From the NCBI GenBank assembly GCA_963674735.2, contig CAXXQS010000001.1, positions 1,888,001-1,952,000 on the forward strand: 64,000 nucleotides of DNA, given 5' to 3'. A model generated the notes under the pieces. That model searched no databases and was not told the origin of the DNA. It saw nothing but the letters and a program-made list of their open reading frames with translations. Every line of letters starts with the position of its first letter. The stretch's first letter is position 1. The translations under genes were made by a program, and so were the position numbers. Positions 11,059 through 20,895 of this stretch are shown here, one piece after another. Source of the stretch: Myxococcota bacterium. Lineage in GTDB: Bacteria > Myxococcota_A > SURF-8.

Positions 11059-12468
11059 ATGAGCGATCAGTCGGCCCTGCGGATGGAAAGGGACACCATG
11101 GGCGAAGTGCCCATTCCGGTCAACAAGTTGTGGGGAGCCAACACCGAACGTGCGCGCGTGAATCTTCCGATCGCCGATCGTCCCATGCCCAAAGGGATGC
11201 TGCGCGCCCTGGCTCGCATCAAAGCCGCCGTCGCGCTGGCCGCCTCCGAAGCTGGCGATCTTCCACAAGAGATCACCGACGCCATCGTGGCCGCCACGAA
11301 AGAAGTCGCCGACGGCAAACACTGGGAACATTTTCCCCTCGACGTTTTCCAAACCGGCTCGGGCACCTCATCCAACATGAATGTCAATGAGGTCGTGGCA
11401 AATCTGGCCAATCTCGCGCTGGGAGGTCAAGTGGGAGACTACAAGCCGGTCCACCCCAACGATCATGTGAACTTCGGCCAGAGCTCCAACGACACCATTC
11501 CTTCGGCCCTTCATCTCGCGGCACTCGATGCGCTGGAACACGAGCTGCTCCCCAAGCTTACCGATTTGATCGAGGCTTGGGATAAAAAAGCGGTGAAATA
11601 TGAACAGGTCGTCAAAACCGGCCGCACCCATCTTCAAGATGCCCTGCCGATTACTTTCGGGCACGTTTTCCGCAGCTATTCCTGCTCCTTGTCGACCCTC
11701 AAAACAAGCCTGGAAGAAACCCTGCACCGTTTGGCGCTGATTCCACTGGGCGGGACCGCCGTCGGAACCGGCTTTCAAGCTCCGGTGGGATTACCGCAAG
11801 CCGCCTGTGTCAAGCTTTCGGAAATGCTGGGGCGTAAAATCACGGCAGCGAAAGACCCGCTGACTCTGATGGCCGGACGCCCGGTGGTTACCGACACCAT
11901 GGGACGCGTCGCCGCACTGGCAGCCGAATTACAGCGCATCGCCAACGATATCCGCATGATGGCGTCGGGACCGCGTTTGGGCTATGGTGAATTGACCATC
12001 CCGTCGCTGCAACCGGGTTCGAGCATCATGCCGGGCAAAGTCAACCCGGTCGTTTGCGAATCGATGATCCAGGTTGGGTTAGCCATCGCCGGTCATAATA
12101 CGACGGTGCAAGCAGCCGCGACCTGGGGCCAATTCGAACTGAACGTCACCCTGCCGGTCACGGCCGAAGCTCTGGTCGGTTCCATCGAAATGCTCGCCAA
12201 CGCCTGCGACGTCTTCCGCAGTAAACTCGTGGAAGATATGGAGGTACGTATCGACGACGTAGGCCGCGACTTATCGCAAAGCCTGGCGCTGGCAACGGCT
12301 CTCATCTCCAAGATCGGCTATGCCGAAGCAGCCAAAGTCGCTTACAAAGCCCATAACGACGGGGTCACGGTAGCCGAAGTCGTCGTAACGATGGGGATTC
12401 TCAAGCCGGAAGAAGTCGACCATTGGCTCGACCCCACCAAGCTGGTCAAAGCGGGCCGCTTAACCTGA
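11059..12468 (+). CDS. fumC: Class II fumarate hydratase (fumarase/aspartase family)
   Basis: FQTGSGTSSNMNVNEV, HPNDHVN, KTGRTHLQDA, GSSIMPGKVNP. Confidence 0.85.
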   Translation: MSDQSALRMERDTMGEVPIPVNKLWGANTERARVNLPIADRPMPKGMLRALARIKAAVALAASEAGDLPQEITDAIVAATKEVADGKHWEHFPLDVFQTGSGTSSNMNVNEVVANLANLALGGQVGDYKPVHPNDHVNFGQSSNDTIPSALHLAALDALEHELLPKLTDLIEAWDKKAVKYEQVVKTGRTHLQDALPITFGHVFRSYSCSLSTLKTSLEETLHRLALIPLGGTAVGTGFQAPVGLPQAACVKLSEMLGRKITAAKDPLTLMAGRPVVTDTMGRVAALAAELQRIANDIRMMASGPRLGYGELTIPSLQPGSSIMPGKVNPVVCESMIQVGLAIAGHNTTVQAAATWGQFELNVTLPVTAEALVGSIEMLANACDVFRSKLVEDMEVRIDDVGRDLSQSLALATALISKIGYAEAAKVAYKAHNDGVTVAEVVVTMGILKPEEVDHWLDPTKLVKAGRLT

Positions 12469-12496
12469 AGTCTCCAAACAGGTCGTCTCACTCAAT

Positions 12497-12527
12497 GCCG
12501 CGACCGCTCAAGGTCGCGGTTTTTTTC
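12497..12527 (+). terminator. Rho-independent terminator after fumC
   Basis: GCCGCGACC-GCTCAA-GGTCGCGGT followed by a T-run. Confidence 0.8.
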
Positions 12528-12627
12528 TTTGAAGTAAGTGATTGCTTGAATTCATGGGATTCTGAAATTATCGGCTAAAGTTACAGTACGCGATTCCAAA
12601 GTAACAATTCCTCCCCGAAGTTCTTTT

Positions 12628-12809
12628 GGGTGCATCACAGGATATTGCCATTTTCGAGCACCTTCAAGTCCGCTCCTCCCGAGTGTTGCCCGTCGGGCAT
12701 AGTATCGAGGGATCGGGTCTGAAAACCGCGTGGTTCGATACCATTTGCTCCGCCAATCACTCACCATGAGCGGTTTTCACGGTCAATCGCCATATCTTGT
12801 GATGCACCC
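12628..12809. mobile_element. MITE, 182 bp, 18-bp terminal inverted repeats and 9-bp target-site duplication
   Basis: GGGTGCATCACAGGATAT (12628-12645) and ATATCTTGTGATGCACCC (12792-12809), one mismatch; AGTTCTTTT directly flanks both ends (12619-12627, 12810-12818). Confidence 0.88.
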
Positions 12810-12909
12810 AGTTCTTTTTTTGCGAAAGCCGGATATTTGCGATTTAGCTCCGAGTAGGCTAATATGCTTGCGTTTTCTCACATGACAAACCCACACGATG
12901 AGGGCATCC

Positions 12910-14499
12910 ATGACCGCAACTCGGACCGCGCTGATCATCGGGGCCGGCCCCGCCGGACTCACCGCCGCCTATGAACTTCTGAAACGTAGCGACATCAAGC
13001 CAATCGTGATCGAAGCGACGGAACACATCGGCGGCATCTCGCGCACCGCCCGTTACAAGGGAAATCACATCGACTTGGGTGGCCACCGTTTTTTCTCAAA
13101 ATCCGACCGCGTCATGGACTGGTGGCTCGAACACATGCCCATGCAAGGCGCCCCCGCCATCGATGACCGTGAGCTTGGACGAGAGATCCCGCTAAGCGAC
13201 AAGTCGGATGCTCCCGACCCCGAGAAAAGCAACCTTGTCATGCTTTTTCGCAACCGGCTTTCACGAATATACTATCTGCGTAAGTTCTTCGACTATCCCG
13301 TTTCGCTGAATGTGAAAACGGTTTTGAATCTCGGTCCGCTGCGTATCGGCCGCATTGGAATGAGCTATTTGAAAGCCCGTGCGCTTCCGATCCGAAACGA
13401 AAAAAACCTGGAAGATTTTTTCATCAACCGTTTCGGACGCGAGCTGTATCTCACCTTTTTTAAAGACTACACCGAAAAAGTGTGGGGCGTCTCCTGTACC
13501 GACATCCAACCCGAATGGGGTGCGCAACGAATCAAAGGTCTTTCCATCACAAAAGCCCTGCTGCACGCCGCCAAACAGCTCGTCGCACGCGACACGGACA
13601 TCAGCCAAAAAGACGTGGAAACCAGCCTGATTGAACGCTTCCTGTATCCCAAATATGGGCCCGGCCAGATGTGGGAAACGGTCGCCGATAAAGTCCGTTC
13701 ACTCGGCGGCGATGTCCATATGAATCAAGAAGCTGTGAAACTTGACCTTTCCGACAAAAACATACAATCCGTCACCACACGCAATACCGTAACCGGAGAA
13801 ACGACCCAATACGAAGCCGATTTCGTTTTCTCCACCATGGCCGTCAAAGACCTGATTGAGTCTATCGAAGGTCAAATCCCCGACAAAGTCCGCACAATCA
13901 GCAGCGGCCTCTCCTATCGTGACTTTATGACGGTAGGCTTGCTGTTGAATCGGTTGAAAATCCGTAATGAGACCGCGATTAAAACGGTCGGCAACCTGGT
14001 TCCCGACAATTGGATTTACATCCAGGAACGTGAAGTGAAATTGGGACGCCTCCAGGTTTTCAACAATTGGAGCCCCTACCTGGTTGCCGATTCCGGCAAG
14101 GTTTGGATCGGGCTTGAGTATTTCTGTACCGAAGGAGATGAGCTATGGAGCATGGCCGACGATAAGATGAAGGCTTTTGCAATCAAGGAACTGGCCTCCA
14201 TCGACATCATCGATCCGGCGGAGGTACTCGACGGGGTGGTGATTCGCCAGAAAAAAACCTATCCGGGCTATTTCGGCAGCTACGACCAATTCGATACCGT
14301 ACGCGCCTTCACGGATAGCATCTCCAACCTGTTCCTGGTCGGCCGAAACGGCATGCACCGCTATAACAACCAAGACCACTCCATGTTGACCGCCATGACC
14401 GCCGTCGACAATATTTTGGTGGGCCAAACCGATAAAAGCAATATCTGGGATGTCAACACCGAACAGGAATACCACGAAACCAACGACGAAACCAGCTAA
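12910..14499 (+). CDS. NAD(P)/FAD-dependent oxidoreductase (protoporphyrinogen oxidase / UDP-galactopyranose mutase-like)
   Basis: [12 protein letters not shown] Rossmann motif, [32 protein letters not shown]. Confidence 0.85.
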   Translation: MTATRTALIIGAGPAGLTAAYELLKRSDIKPIVIEATEHIGGISRTARYKGNHIDLGGHRFFSKSDRVMDWWLEHMPMQGAPAIDDRELGREIPLSDKSDAPDPEKSNLVMLFRNRLSRIYYLRKFFDYPVSLNVKTVLNLGPLRIGRIGMSYLKARALPIRNEKNLEDFFINRFGRELYLTFFKDYTEKVWGVSCTDIQPEWGAQRIKGLSITKALLHAAKQLVARDTDISQKDVETSLIERFLYPKYGPGQMWETVADKVRSLGGDVHMNQEAVKLDLSDKNIQSVTTRNTVTGETTQYEADFVFSTMAVKDLIESIEGQIPDKVRTISSGLSYRDFMTVGLLLNRLKIRNETAIKTVGNLVPDNWIYIQEREVKLGRLQVFNNWSPYLVADSGKVWIGLEYFCTEGDELWSMADDKMKAFAIKELASIDIIDPAEVLDGVVIRQKKTYPGYFGSYDQFDTVRAFTDSISNLFLVGRNGMHRYNNQDHSMLTAMTAVDNILVGQTDKSNIWDVNTEQEYHETNDETS

Positions 14500-14512
14500 G
14501 GTCCAAAGCGAT

Positions 14513-14693
14513 AGGGCGTTTCAATTCTGATTTAGTCTCGAATCATCTTCGATTGATGATGGGTGGCACGGGCTAAACCGTCAGGTTTGCCCGTGAAAAC
14601 AGCATGGGCAAGCCAAAGGCTTGGCCCATGGCACCCCGTAAGCCGAATTATATTGGGTGGAAAACGGTGAAAAGCTTAGAATTGAAACGCCCT
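14513..14693 (+). mobile_element. MITE-like 181-bp element with 16-bp TIRs and internal REP-like doublet, copy 1
   Basis: AGGGCGTTTCAATTCT...AGAATTGAAACGCCCT perfect inverted repeat; reverse complement copy at 20645-20825 differs at about 10 of 181 positions (counted by eye). Confidence 0.85.
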
Positions 14694-14735
14694 GCCGAAG
14701 CGACCGACTCAACCATTATCGCATACCGCCAAATG

Positions 14736-14765
14736 AAAAACGGGCCGTCACATAACGACCCGTTT
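14736..14765 (-). terminator. Probable terminator of the FHA-CpaF gene
   Basis: Minus strand AAACGGGTCGTT-ATGT-GACGGCCCGTTTTT, just downstream of the stop at 14791. Confidence 0.55.
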
Positions 14766-14790
14766 GCATTTTATCTAACAATGCTGAGTG

Positions 14791-16560
14791 TTACAGTTTG
14801 ACGAACTCGCCTTCGAGCTTATCGGCGGTATCCGTCTTCACATCGAAGCGAAAACGCTCGGTAAGCTTCCAGTTTCCGTCCGCTTCACTCACTTCAGCCA
14901 AGCTCACCAATCTCCGTTTGCTGTTGGCGAAACGTTTGACCACCGCCACGAGATCCACATTCGCTCCGATCAACTCCTTGGCCAAGCGATGCGCATCATC
15001 ACCGGCGTATGCCAGAGCCATGCGCTCGAAGCGTTTCAGGCCATCTTCCGCGCTCGATCCGAAGACGGAGAAGATCGAGCCCGCCATTCCACCATTGAGA
15101 GCGAACAGAAGTTCCATCGCGGCATCCTCACGAACATCCAGGGCCACGATGCGGTCGACGTTCAGGCGCGGCAGATGCTGCAGCAATTCTGCCGTACCGA
15201 TCTCCAGGTCGGCATCCAAAAACTCACCGGCGCCGCCTTCAAGCGTCAGTTGATCTTCGTGCGGCAAAGCCAGACCACGCCCGGCATTCAGCAGCGCCAA
15301 ACGAGCGCGCAGCGGAATTTCCGACGCGATCGCGGTCAACAGATCCAGGCGATCGCCGTCGTTCAAGCCGACGATGGCAACGGTTTTGTTCGACACCATC
15401 GCCTCGCGCAGAGCATCGGCGATATCCTGGTCGATCGATTCCTCGACAAGCAGACTATCTACGCTAGCTCCGGCACTCACGGGCTTGGTAATGCGCAAGG
15501 CGGTTCCTTTAACCGAGAACGGGTACAACACACCCGAAACACCAAAGCCATCCGGTGTCTGGATATCGAAAATGCCATGTTCTTCTTCGACATGGATGCC
15601 CGCCGAATGCAGGATCCGCGAGAGAATATAGAACAACGACTCTTCACAAGAGAAGCTTTCCCCTGCTACTTCTTTCACACCATTGCGGAACAGCACGATG
15701 CTGTCGGGCCCGTTGATGAAAATCTCCTCGACATCTTCTTCAAAAAGATATTGCTCGATCGGACCGAAGCCGAGCAGTTCCTCAATAATGGTTTCTCTCA
15801 AAATATCTTTCTTCTCGTCGGAAGTCTGCTCATCGAGTGTTTCTGCAATCAGGCCTTCCAACTTCTCTTTGACGGCATCGACAAGTTCCTGATTATCGAG
15901 ACGATAGGTCAGGAAAAGATCTTCATCGCCAAACTCATCCAAATCGAGTGCATCGCGGAAGATCTGATAGCGGGCTTCGGCAAAAAGGTCGAGATCCGTC
16001 ACTTCGGCTTGTTGCTCGATGGTCTGCCGGGCGGGTTCGTCCTCATCTTCGATCGGATCCGGAATCAATTCCATCGGTTCTCCCGGCAGCGGCGGCATGG
16101 AAGCCGCTTCGTCCATGGGCTCGGGAGTGGCTTCGGCGGCCTCAGCAGGCTGCTCATCCTCCTGCGGCGTCACATCCGACGAGGACGGCAGAGGGGGCGG
16201 AACGGGTTTGGCTTCGGTCGCAGCATCGACGGCCGGTTGGCTTGCATCCTTGGGTTTCGCCTGATCGTCGGCAAGCAGGAAGGTAAGCGAGAAATCGCCG
16301 ACATAAATTTTGTCACCGCTCTTCAAGGACTTGGGGGCACTCACGCGCTTGCCGTTGACAAACGTGCCATTCGTCGATTTGCGGTCGATCACAAAGTGCC
16401 GTCCCTCGCGAAAGACGATACGCGAATGCTGCTTGGATACATTGCTGACTTTGAGCGGAATATCGGAACTGGAGAGCCGCCCCACGGTTACTTCAGGCTT
16501 GTCGAAGTCCAGATATTTGGGCTCCACACCTTCCGATTGCAGAATAATGGTAAACATCAA
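14791..16560 (-). CDS. FHA domain + CpaF/TadA (VirB11-like) ATPase-fold protein with degenerate catalytic motifs
   Basis: FHA: VGR, VSKQH, STNGTFVNG; acidic Pro-rich linker; CpaF-like LLGFGPIEQYL..EEIFING; Walker A position reads VAIVGLNDGDRLDLL. Confidence 0.82.
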   Translation of the reverse strand: MMFTIILQSEGVEPKYLDFDKPEVTVGRLSSSDIPLKVSNVSKQHSRIVFREGRHFVIDRKSTNGTFVNGKRVSAPKSLKSGDKIYVGDFSLTFLLADDQAKPKDASQPAVDAATEAKPVPPPLPSSSDVTPQEDEQPAEAAEATPEPMDEAASMPPLPGEPMELIPDPIEDEDEPARQTIEQQAEVTDLDLFAEARYQIFRDALDLDEFGDEDLFLTYRLDNQELVDAVKEKLEGLIAETLDEQTSDEKKDILRETIIEELLGFGPIEQYLFEEDVEEIFINGPDSIVLFRNGVKEVAGESFSCEESLFYILSRILHSAGIHVEEEHGIFDIQTPDGFGVSGVLYPFSVKGTALRITKPVSAGASVDSLLVEESIDQDIADALREAMVSNKTVAIVGLNDGDRLDLLTAIASEIPLRARLALLNAGRGLALPHEDQLTLEGGAGEFLDADLEIGTAELLQHLPRLNVDRIVALDVREDAAMELLFALNGGMAGSIFSVFGSSAEDGLKRFERMALAYAGDDAHRLAKELIGANVDLVAVVKRFANSKRRLVSLAEVSEADGNWKLTERFRFDVKTDTADKLEGEFVKL

Positions 16561-16684
16561 TCTCTCCTTGCCTGAATCGCCTTAGCCTAAGATAAGGTTA
16601 ACCCCCTGATTTCACGTAGAATCGGCTTATTTTTTAACGAATTTTTTCAAAGCCGTCAAGTTCTTTTCCTTTAAAGGTCCAGAA

Positions 16685-16969
16685 TCAAGGCATGGAAGAG
16701 AGGTATGACTGCGCCCAATCGGCGACCTGCCCAACGGTCTGGCGTAACTCATCTCCGAACTGATGCACGGTCACCCAAGCCATAACGACGGCGACAAAAA
16801 CACCGAAAGCCTTCTTCACCCGAACGCCTGACGACAGGCTGACGGACTCGCGCTTGATCCGCACAACAGGCTCGGCCCCCTTCGTCTTTCTTGCCTTGGT
16901 CGGCTTCCTCTCACTCATGCGACTGTCCGCCTCTAACCCACCGATGGGGTTCAACGAGTCATTGGCCAT
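16685..16969 (-). CDS. Small hypothetical membrane protein (alternative start 16918)
   Basis: Basic segment followed by one TM helix (AFGVFVAVVMAWVTV), divergent from surE. Confidence 0.45.
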   Translation of the reverse strand: MANDSLNPIGGLEADSRMSERKPTKARKTKGAEPVVRIKRESVSLSSGVRVKKAFGVFVAVVMAWVTVHQFGDELRQTVGQVADWAQSYLSSMP

Positions 16970-17147
16970 GGAATCGCCATGGATTTTACCATAATGCGTG
17001 AACACATCGCAACTGAATCCACCTTGCGCCAAACAAGCCGAGACCCGATATTCTCTATTTAGTGGGAACAAACCCCCGAATTCCCTTGCACGCCCATGGT
17101 TTTCATTATAAAAGTTCCTGATTATCAACCTTTGGCGAAAGCGGATT

Positions 17148-17891
17148 ATGCTTGTACTGATCACCAATGATGACGGATACCTTGCCCCCGGTATTCAAAG
17201 CCTGATCGCAGCCATGGAACCCGACCACGAAGTCTGGATGGTCGCTCCCGACCGTGAACAAAGTGGGTCTTCGCATAAACTGACGCTTTCGCAGCCCCTT
17301 CGAATCGTGAAACTGGACGAACGTCGCTACAGCGTCGATGGAACGCCGACCGACACGGTTTACATGGCGGTTCACCATCTCATGCCGCGTCGGCCCGACC
17401 TCGTGCTGTCCGGCATCAATCGCGGTCCGAACCTGGGCGACGACGTCACCTACTCCGGTACGGTAGCGGCCGCAATGGAGGGCACCGTCCTCGGTATTCC
17501 TTCCATCGCTCTGTCTTTGGCCGGTTTTTCCAACCTGGATTACACCGCCAGTTGCCAGGCAGCACTCCAAGTGGTGGATTGGGTCGTTCGAGATGGGCTG
17601 CCTGCCGGAACCCTGCTGAATGTCAACATTCCGGTGGAGGCGAAGTCCGACGACCTCAAGCTGCGTATAACCAAACTGGGTAAACGAAACTACGGCCAGT
17701 ATGTCATCGAGCGCAAAGATCCGCGAGGACGCTCCTATTTCTGGATCGGCGGCGACGCGCAGGGGTCCGTCCCCATGAACGGCAGCGATATCGACGCCGT
17801 AGCGGCGGGCTTCGTCACCGTGACACCGCTTTCGATCGATCTGACCGACACGGCCACCCTATCCAAGCTGAAACACTGGGAAACACTCTGA
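17148..17891 (+). CDS. surE: 5'/3'-nucleotidase SurE
   Basis: LITNDDG, APDREQSG, GTPTD, SGINRGPNLG, YSGTVAAAMEG. Confidence 0.97.
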   Translation: MLVLITNDDGYLAPGIQSLIAAMEPDHEVWMVAPDREQSGSSHKLTLSQPLRIVKLDERRYSVDGTPTDTVYMAVHHLMPRRPDLVLSGINRGPNLGDDVTYSGTVAAAMEGTVLGIPSIALSLAGFSNLDYTASCQAALQVVDWVVRDGLPAGTLLNVNIPVEAKSDDLKLRITKLGKRNYGQYVIERKDPRGRSYFWIGGDAQGSVPMNGSDIDAVAAGFVTVTPLSIDLTDTATLSKLKHWETL

Positions 17892-17925
17892 TTCCAAGCG
17901 GATCTCGTTAAATGAAAGGACTTCG

Positions 17926-18534
17926 ATGGGACTGTACAAAAAAGTGATGGGTTGGGTTCGCGCCTTGTACGACTGGGTTTTGCATTGGGCCGATACCAAG
18001 TATGGAACGCCCGCCCTGATCACCCTATCCTTCGCCGAATCGTCCTTCTTCCCGATTCCGCCCGATCCGCTCCTGATGGCCTTGGCTCTCGGAAACCGAA
18101 GCAAAGCCTTGCGTTTCGCTTTTTATTGCACAAGCGCCTCCGTAGTCGGTGGAATTCTCGGCTATTACATCGGTTTCGGCCTTTTCGAAACCGTGGGCCG
18201 CTCCATCATCGAATTTTATAATGCTTGGGAAATCTACGAACGGTTATCCGGGATCTTCAGGGAAAACAGCTTCATCGCCGTGATGATCGCCGCCATCACC
18301 CCAATCCCTTACAAAGTCTTCACCATCACCGCCGGTGTCGCGCAATCCGACCTGCTGACTTTCCTTGCCGCATCGGTGCTGGGACGTGGCTTACGCTTCG
18401 GCCTGGAAGGAGTACTGATCTATCGTTTCGGCGATCCGATTAAGAACTGGATCGATAAATATTTCGAATTACTGGCGATTCTATTCGCTATCCTCTTGAT
18501 CCTGGGCTTTGTTGTGATAAAATATATGATCTAG
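17926..18534 (+). CDS. YqaA/DedA (VTT domain) membrane protein
   Basis: SFAESSFFPIPPDPLL, TPIPYKVFTITAG, GRGLRF. Confidence 0.9.
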   Translation: MGLYKKVMGWVRALYDWVLHWADTKYGTPALITLSFAESSFFPIPPDPLLMALALGNRSKALRFAFYCTSASVVGGILGYYIGFGLFETVGRSIIEFYNAWEIYERLSGIFRENSFIAVMIAAITPIPYKVFTITAGVAQSDLLTFLAASVLGRGLRFGLEGVLIYRFGDPIKNWIDKYFELLAILFAILLILGFVVIKYMI

Positions 18535-18556
18535 GAATCGAGATGAAAGCGAAACG

Positions 18557-19261
18557 TTGCCCACTCTACGCACCGGACTTCGGATCACCCTTGTTTTTTT
18601 AATCGGCTGTTTTCTGGCTTCCGGTTGCCATACCGCTTTTGGTATTTATCACACGGTTAAAAAAGGGGAGACGCTTTATCAGATTTCGAGAACCTACGAC
18701 GTATCGGTCAAAACGCTCAAAGAAGTCAACTATCTACGCAACGAAAACGAGATCAAACCCGGAAACCAGATTTTCATTCCAGGGGCCGACCGCCCCAAGT
18801 CGACGGAAAAAGTTCGGAAAGCTGCCTCTCTGGAACGGCGTCCTCCCGGTCGAAAAACTCCCACCGGCCGCAGTTCCACGACCCAACGCAAAGTCACACT
18901 GCGCTGGCCCGTTGATGGCGTTTTAACGTCGGGATTCGGCCCCCGAAAAGGACGCATGCATAGTGGCATCGATATCGCCGCTCCCATCGGCACCCCCATC
19001 GTCGCCGCCGCCGCCGGCGAAGTGATCTACAGCGACAACAAGCAGCGTGGTTATGGAAACATGATCATCATTCGGCACAGCGAAAATCTTGTAACCATCT
19101 ACGCACACAATAAAATCAATCTCGTTCAAGAACACGATACCGTTCGCCGGGGTGAAGTCATCGCGCGCGTGGGACGCACCGGGCGCGCAACCGGTCCGCA
19201 CGTCCATTTCGAAGTCCGTAAAAACCGCAAAGCGGTCGACCCGTTGCTGTATCTTCCATAG
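18557..19261 (+). CDS. LysM + M23 peptidase lipoprotein (NlpD-like)
   Basis: Lipobox LASGC, HTVKKGETLYQIS LysM, HSGIDI, YAHN, GPHVHFEVR with intact Zn ligands. Confidence 0.9.
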   Translation: MPTLRTGLRITLVFLIGCFLASGCHTAFGIYHTVKKGETLYQISRTYDVSVKTLKEVNYLRNENEIKPGNQIFIPGADRPKSTEKVRKAASLERRPPGRKTPTGRSSTTQRKVTLRWPVDGVLTSGFGPRKGRMHSGIDIAAPIGTPIVAAAAGEVIYSDNKQRGYGNMIIIRHSENLVTIYAHNKINLVQEHDTVRRGEVIARVGRTGRATGPHVHFEVRKNRKAVDPLLYLP

Positions 19262-19354
19262 AAGATTTGCGCTAACTTGTTTTTTTCTCTTGACAAATCG
19301 TTCTCTCCAGGGTATTGGCATGCGCTATGTGAGTGCTCGATATGGGTGATCTAA

Positions 19355-19432
19355 GCCCCCATAGCTCAGCTGGATAGAGCACAGGATTCCTAATCCTGGT
19401 TTGCGCAGGTTCGAGTCCTGCTGGGGGCACCA
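19355..19432 (+). tRNA. tRNA-Arg(CCT)
   Basis: GCCCCCA/TGGGGGC acceptor, CAGGA-TTCCTAA-TCCTG anticodon arm, TTCGAGT T-loop, encoded CCA. Confidence 0.96.
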
Positions 19433-19515
19433 TTCACTTTGAGCCAATATTGTTGTGTAACGAGACGACTGAGACCGAAACCAAGGATTTCGTTTCTCGG
19501 ATACAAACAAAAAAG

Positions 19516-19544
19516 TTGACAACATTCAAGTAATTACATAGAAT
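19516..19544 (+). promoter_or_regulatory. Sigma70 promoter for ihfB
   Basis: TTGACA-N17-TAGAAT. Confidence 0.7.
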
Positions 19545-19582
19545 CCGGACATTCCTTCAGTTATCTTATGAGGAGGCGGTCG

Positions 19583-19867
19583 ATGAATAAGTCGGAGCTG
19601 ATCGAACAGCTTGCCGGTAAAGCGAATATCACGAAGAAAAAGTCCGAGCTGGTGGTCAATCTGATATTCAATTCGATGGCAGACGCTCTCGCCGAGGGCG
19701 AACGAATCGAAATTCGCGGTTTTGGTAGCCTGGTTAACAAGCACTACGGTGCCTATTCCGGCCGTAACCCCCGCACTGGCGAAGTCATCCAGGTTCCCGA
19801 GAAACGCCTCCCCTTCTTCAAAGTGGGAAAAGAGCTGCGTGAACGGGTCGATGGTGAAGACGACTAA
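19583..19867 (+). CDS. ihfB: Integration host factor beta subunit
   Basis: MNKSELI..RIEIRGFGS..GRNPRTG..PFFKVGKELRERV; GGAGG RBS. Confidence 0.9.
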   Translation: MNKSELIEQLAGKANITKKKSELVVNLIFNSMADALAEGERIEIRGFGSLVNKHYGAYSGRNPRTGEVIQVPEKRLPFFKVGKELRERVDGEDD

Positions 19868-19939
19868 GTCAGCCCATAGTCTGTTACTCCCGTAAACGAT
19901 TCACGGGTTAAACTGCGGCCTTACCAAGGACTCTATCAG

Positions 19940-20605
19940 ATGGCGAAGTTCTATCTTTGCTTTTTGTTTTTTCTGTCCTTTCTGTTCTCATCCTGTAGTC
20001 ATACACCGATGAACACCGAGGAAGCGCGGGCCTATCTGCTGGATGCGCAACAGCACATCGAGCGGATCCGTGAAAACAATCGCCATCGTTATGCGCGCGA
20101 ACTGGAGAAGTCCGAACGCATGCTGACCGCACGGCAGACCCAGGCTCCACTCGCTGATCTCAACGCCCTGAAAAAACAAGCCACGATTTACGGTCGCGTG
20201 ATTGTCGCGGCTATGCTGCGGTATCAAGTCGATCTGGAACTCCTGGCCTATAGCGAAAGTGTCCAGAACGATGTCCGGGAAGCATTGAAAATACTTCGTA
20301 ATGCTTCACTGCCGCGCCCGGAGAATTTATCCGCCTACCTGACCGAGACGGAGCTGGCCGAGTTTGAAACCGAAACAGCAGATATGCGGTCCCGCAGCCG
20401 ACAGCGCCTTGAATTCTGGACAAAAGAGCGCACGAAATGGCAAAAGGCTTGGGATTCCGGTAGCACGGACTACGTTCCGCCACCGCACCAACCCGACGTG
20501 TTTCGTTTCAACTACGACGACGGCCGCAAGCTAAGACAACGCTTACGGATGAAAACATCACCTGCCTCGCCTTCACAAAAAAATCCGCCACCCGCAACAA
20601 ACTGA
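19940..20605 (+). CDS. Hypothetical helical lipoprotein
   Basis: Hydrophobic leader ending FSSC; coiled-coil-like body. Confidence 0.6.
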   Translation: MAKFYLCFLFFLSFLFSSCSHTPMNTEEARAYLLDAQQHIERIRENNRHRYARELEKSERMLTARQTQAPLADLNALKKQATIYGRVIVAAMLRYQVDLELLAYSESVQNDVREALKILRNASLPRPENLSAYLTETELAEFETETADMRSRSRQRLEFWTKERTKWQKAWDSGSTDYVPPPHQPDVFRFNYDDGRKLRQRLRMKTSPASPSQKNPPPATN

Positions 20606-20644
20606 ACCCTCCTTCTTCTTTCCGAAATTTCCGTCCGGACCGCT

Positions 20645-20825
20645 AGGGCGATTCAATTCTAAGCTTTTCACCGTTTTCCACCCACTATAATTTGGTTTAC
20701 GGGGTGCCATGGGCCAAGCCTTTGGCTTGCCCATGCTGTTTTCACGGGCAAACCTGACGGTTTAGCCCGTGCCACCCATCACCAATCGAAGATTATTCGA
20801 GACTCAATCAGAATTGAAATACCCC
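20645..20825 (-). mobile_element. MITE-like 181-bp element, copy 2 (inverted relative to copy 1)
   Basis: Reverse complement of 14513-14693; ends AGGGCGATTCAATTCT and AGAATTGAAATACCCC. Confidence 0.85.
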
Positions 20826-20843
20826 ACCGCGACGCCAAGTACC

Positions 20844-20872
20844 TTGACTTCCTTCCCGCTTTTACCTACACT
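20844..20872 (+). promoter_or_regulatory. Putative sigma70 promoter for miaB
   Basis: TTGACT-N17-TACACT followed by an AGGAGG RBS. Confidence 0.6.
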
Positions 20873-20895
20873 CGCCCCTCTTCAGGAGGTGCCCC

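Noticed and set aside
14604-14801. Short ORFs overlapping the MITEs (also 12552-12767 and 20769-21050)
   Set aside because: They cross element boundaries and show no transposase motifs
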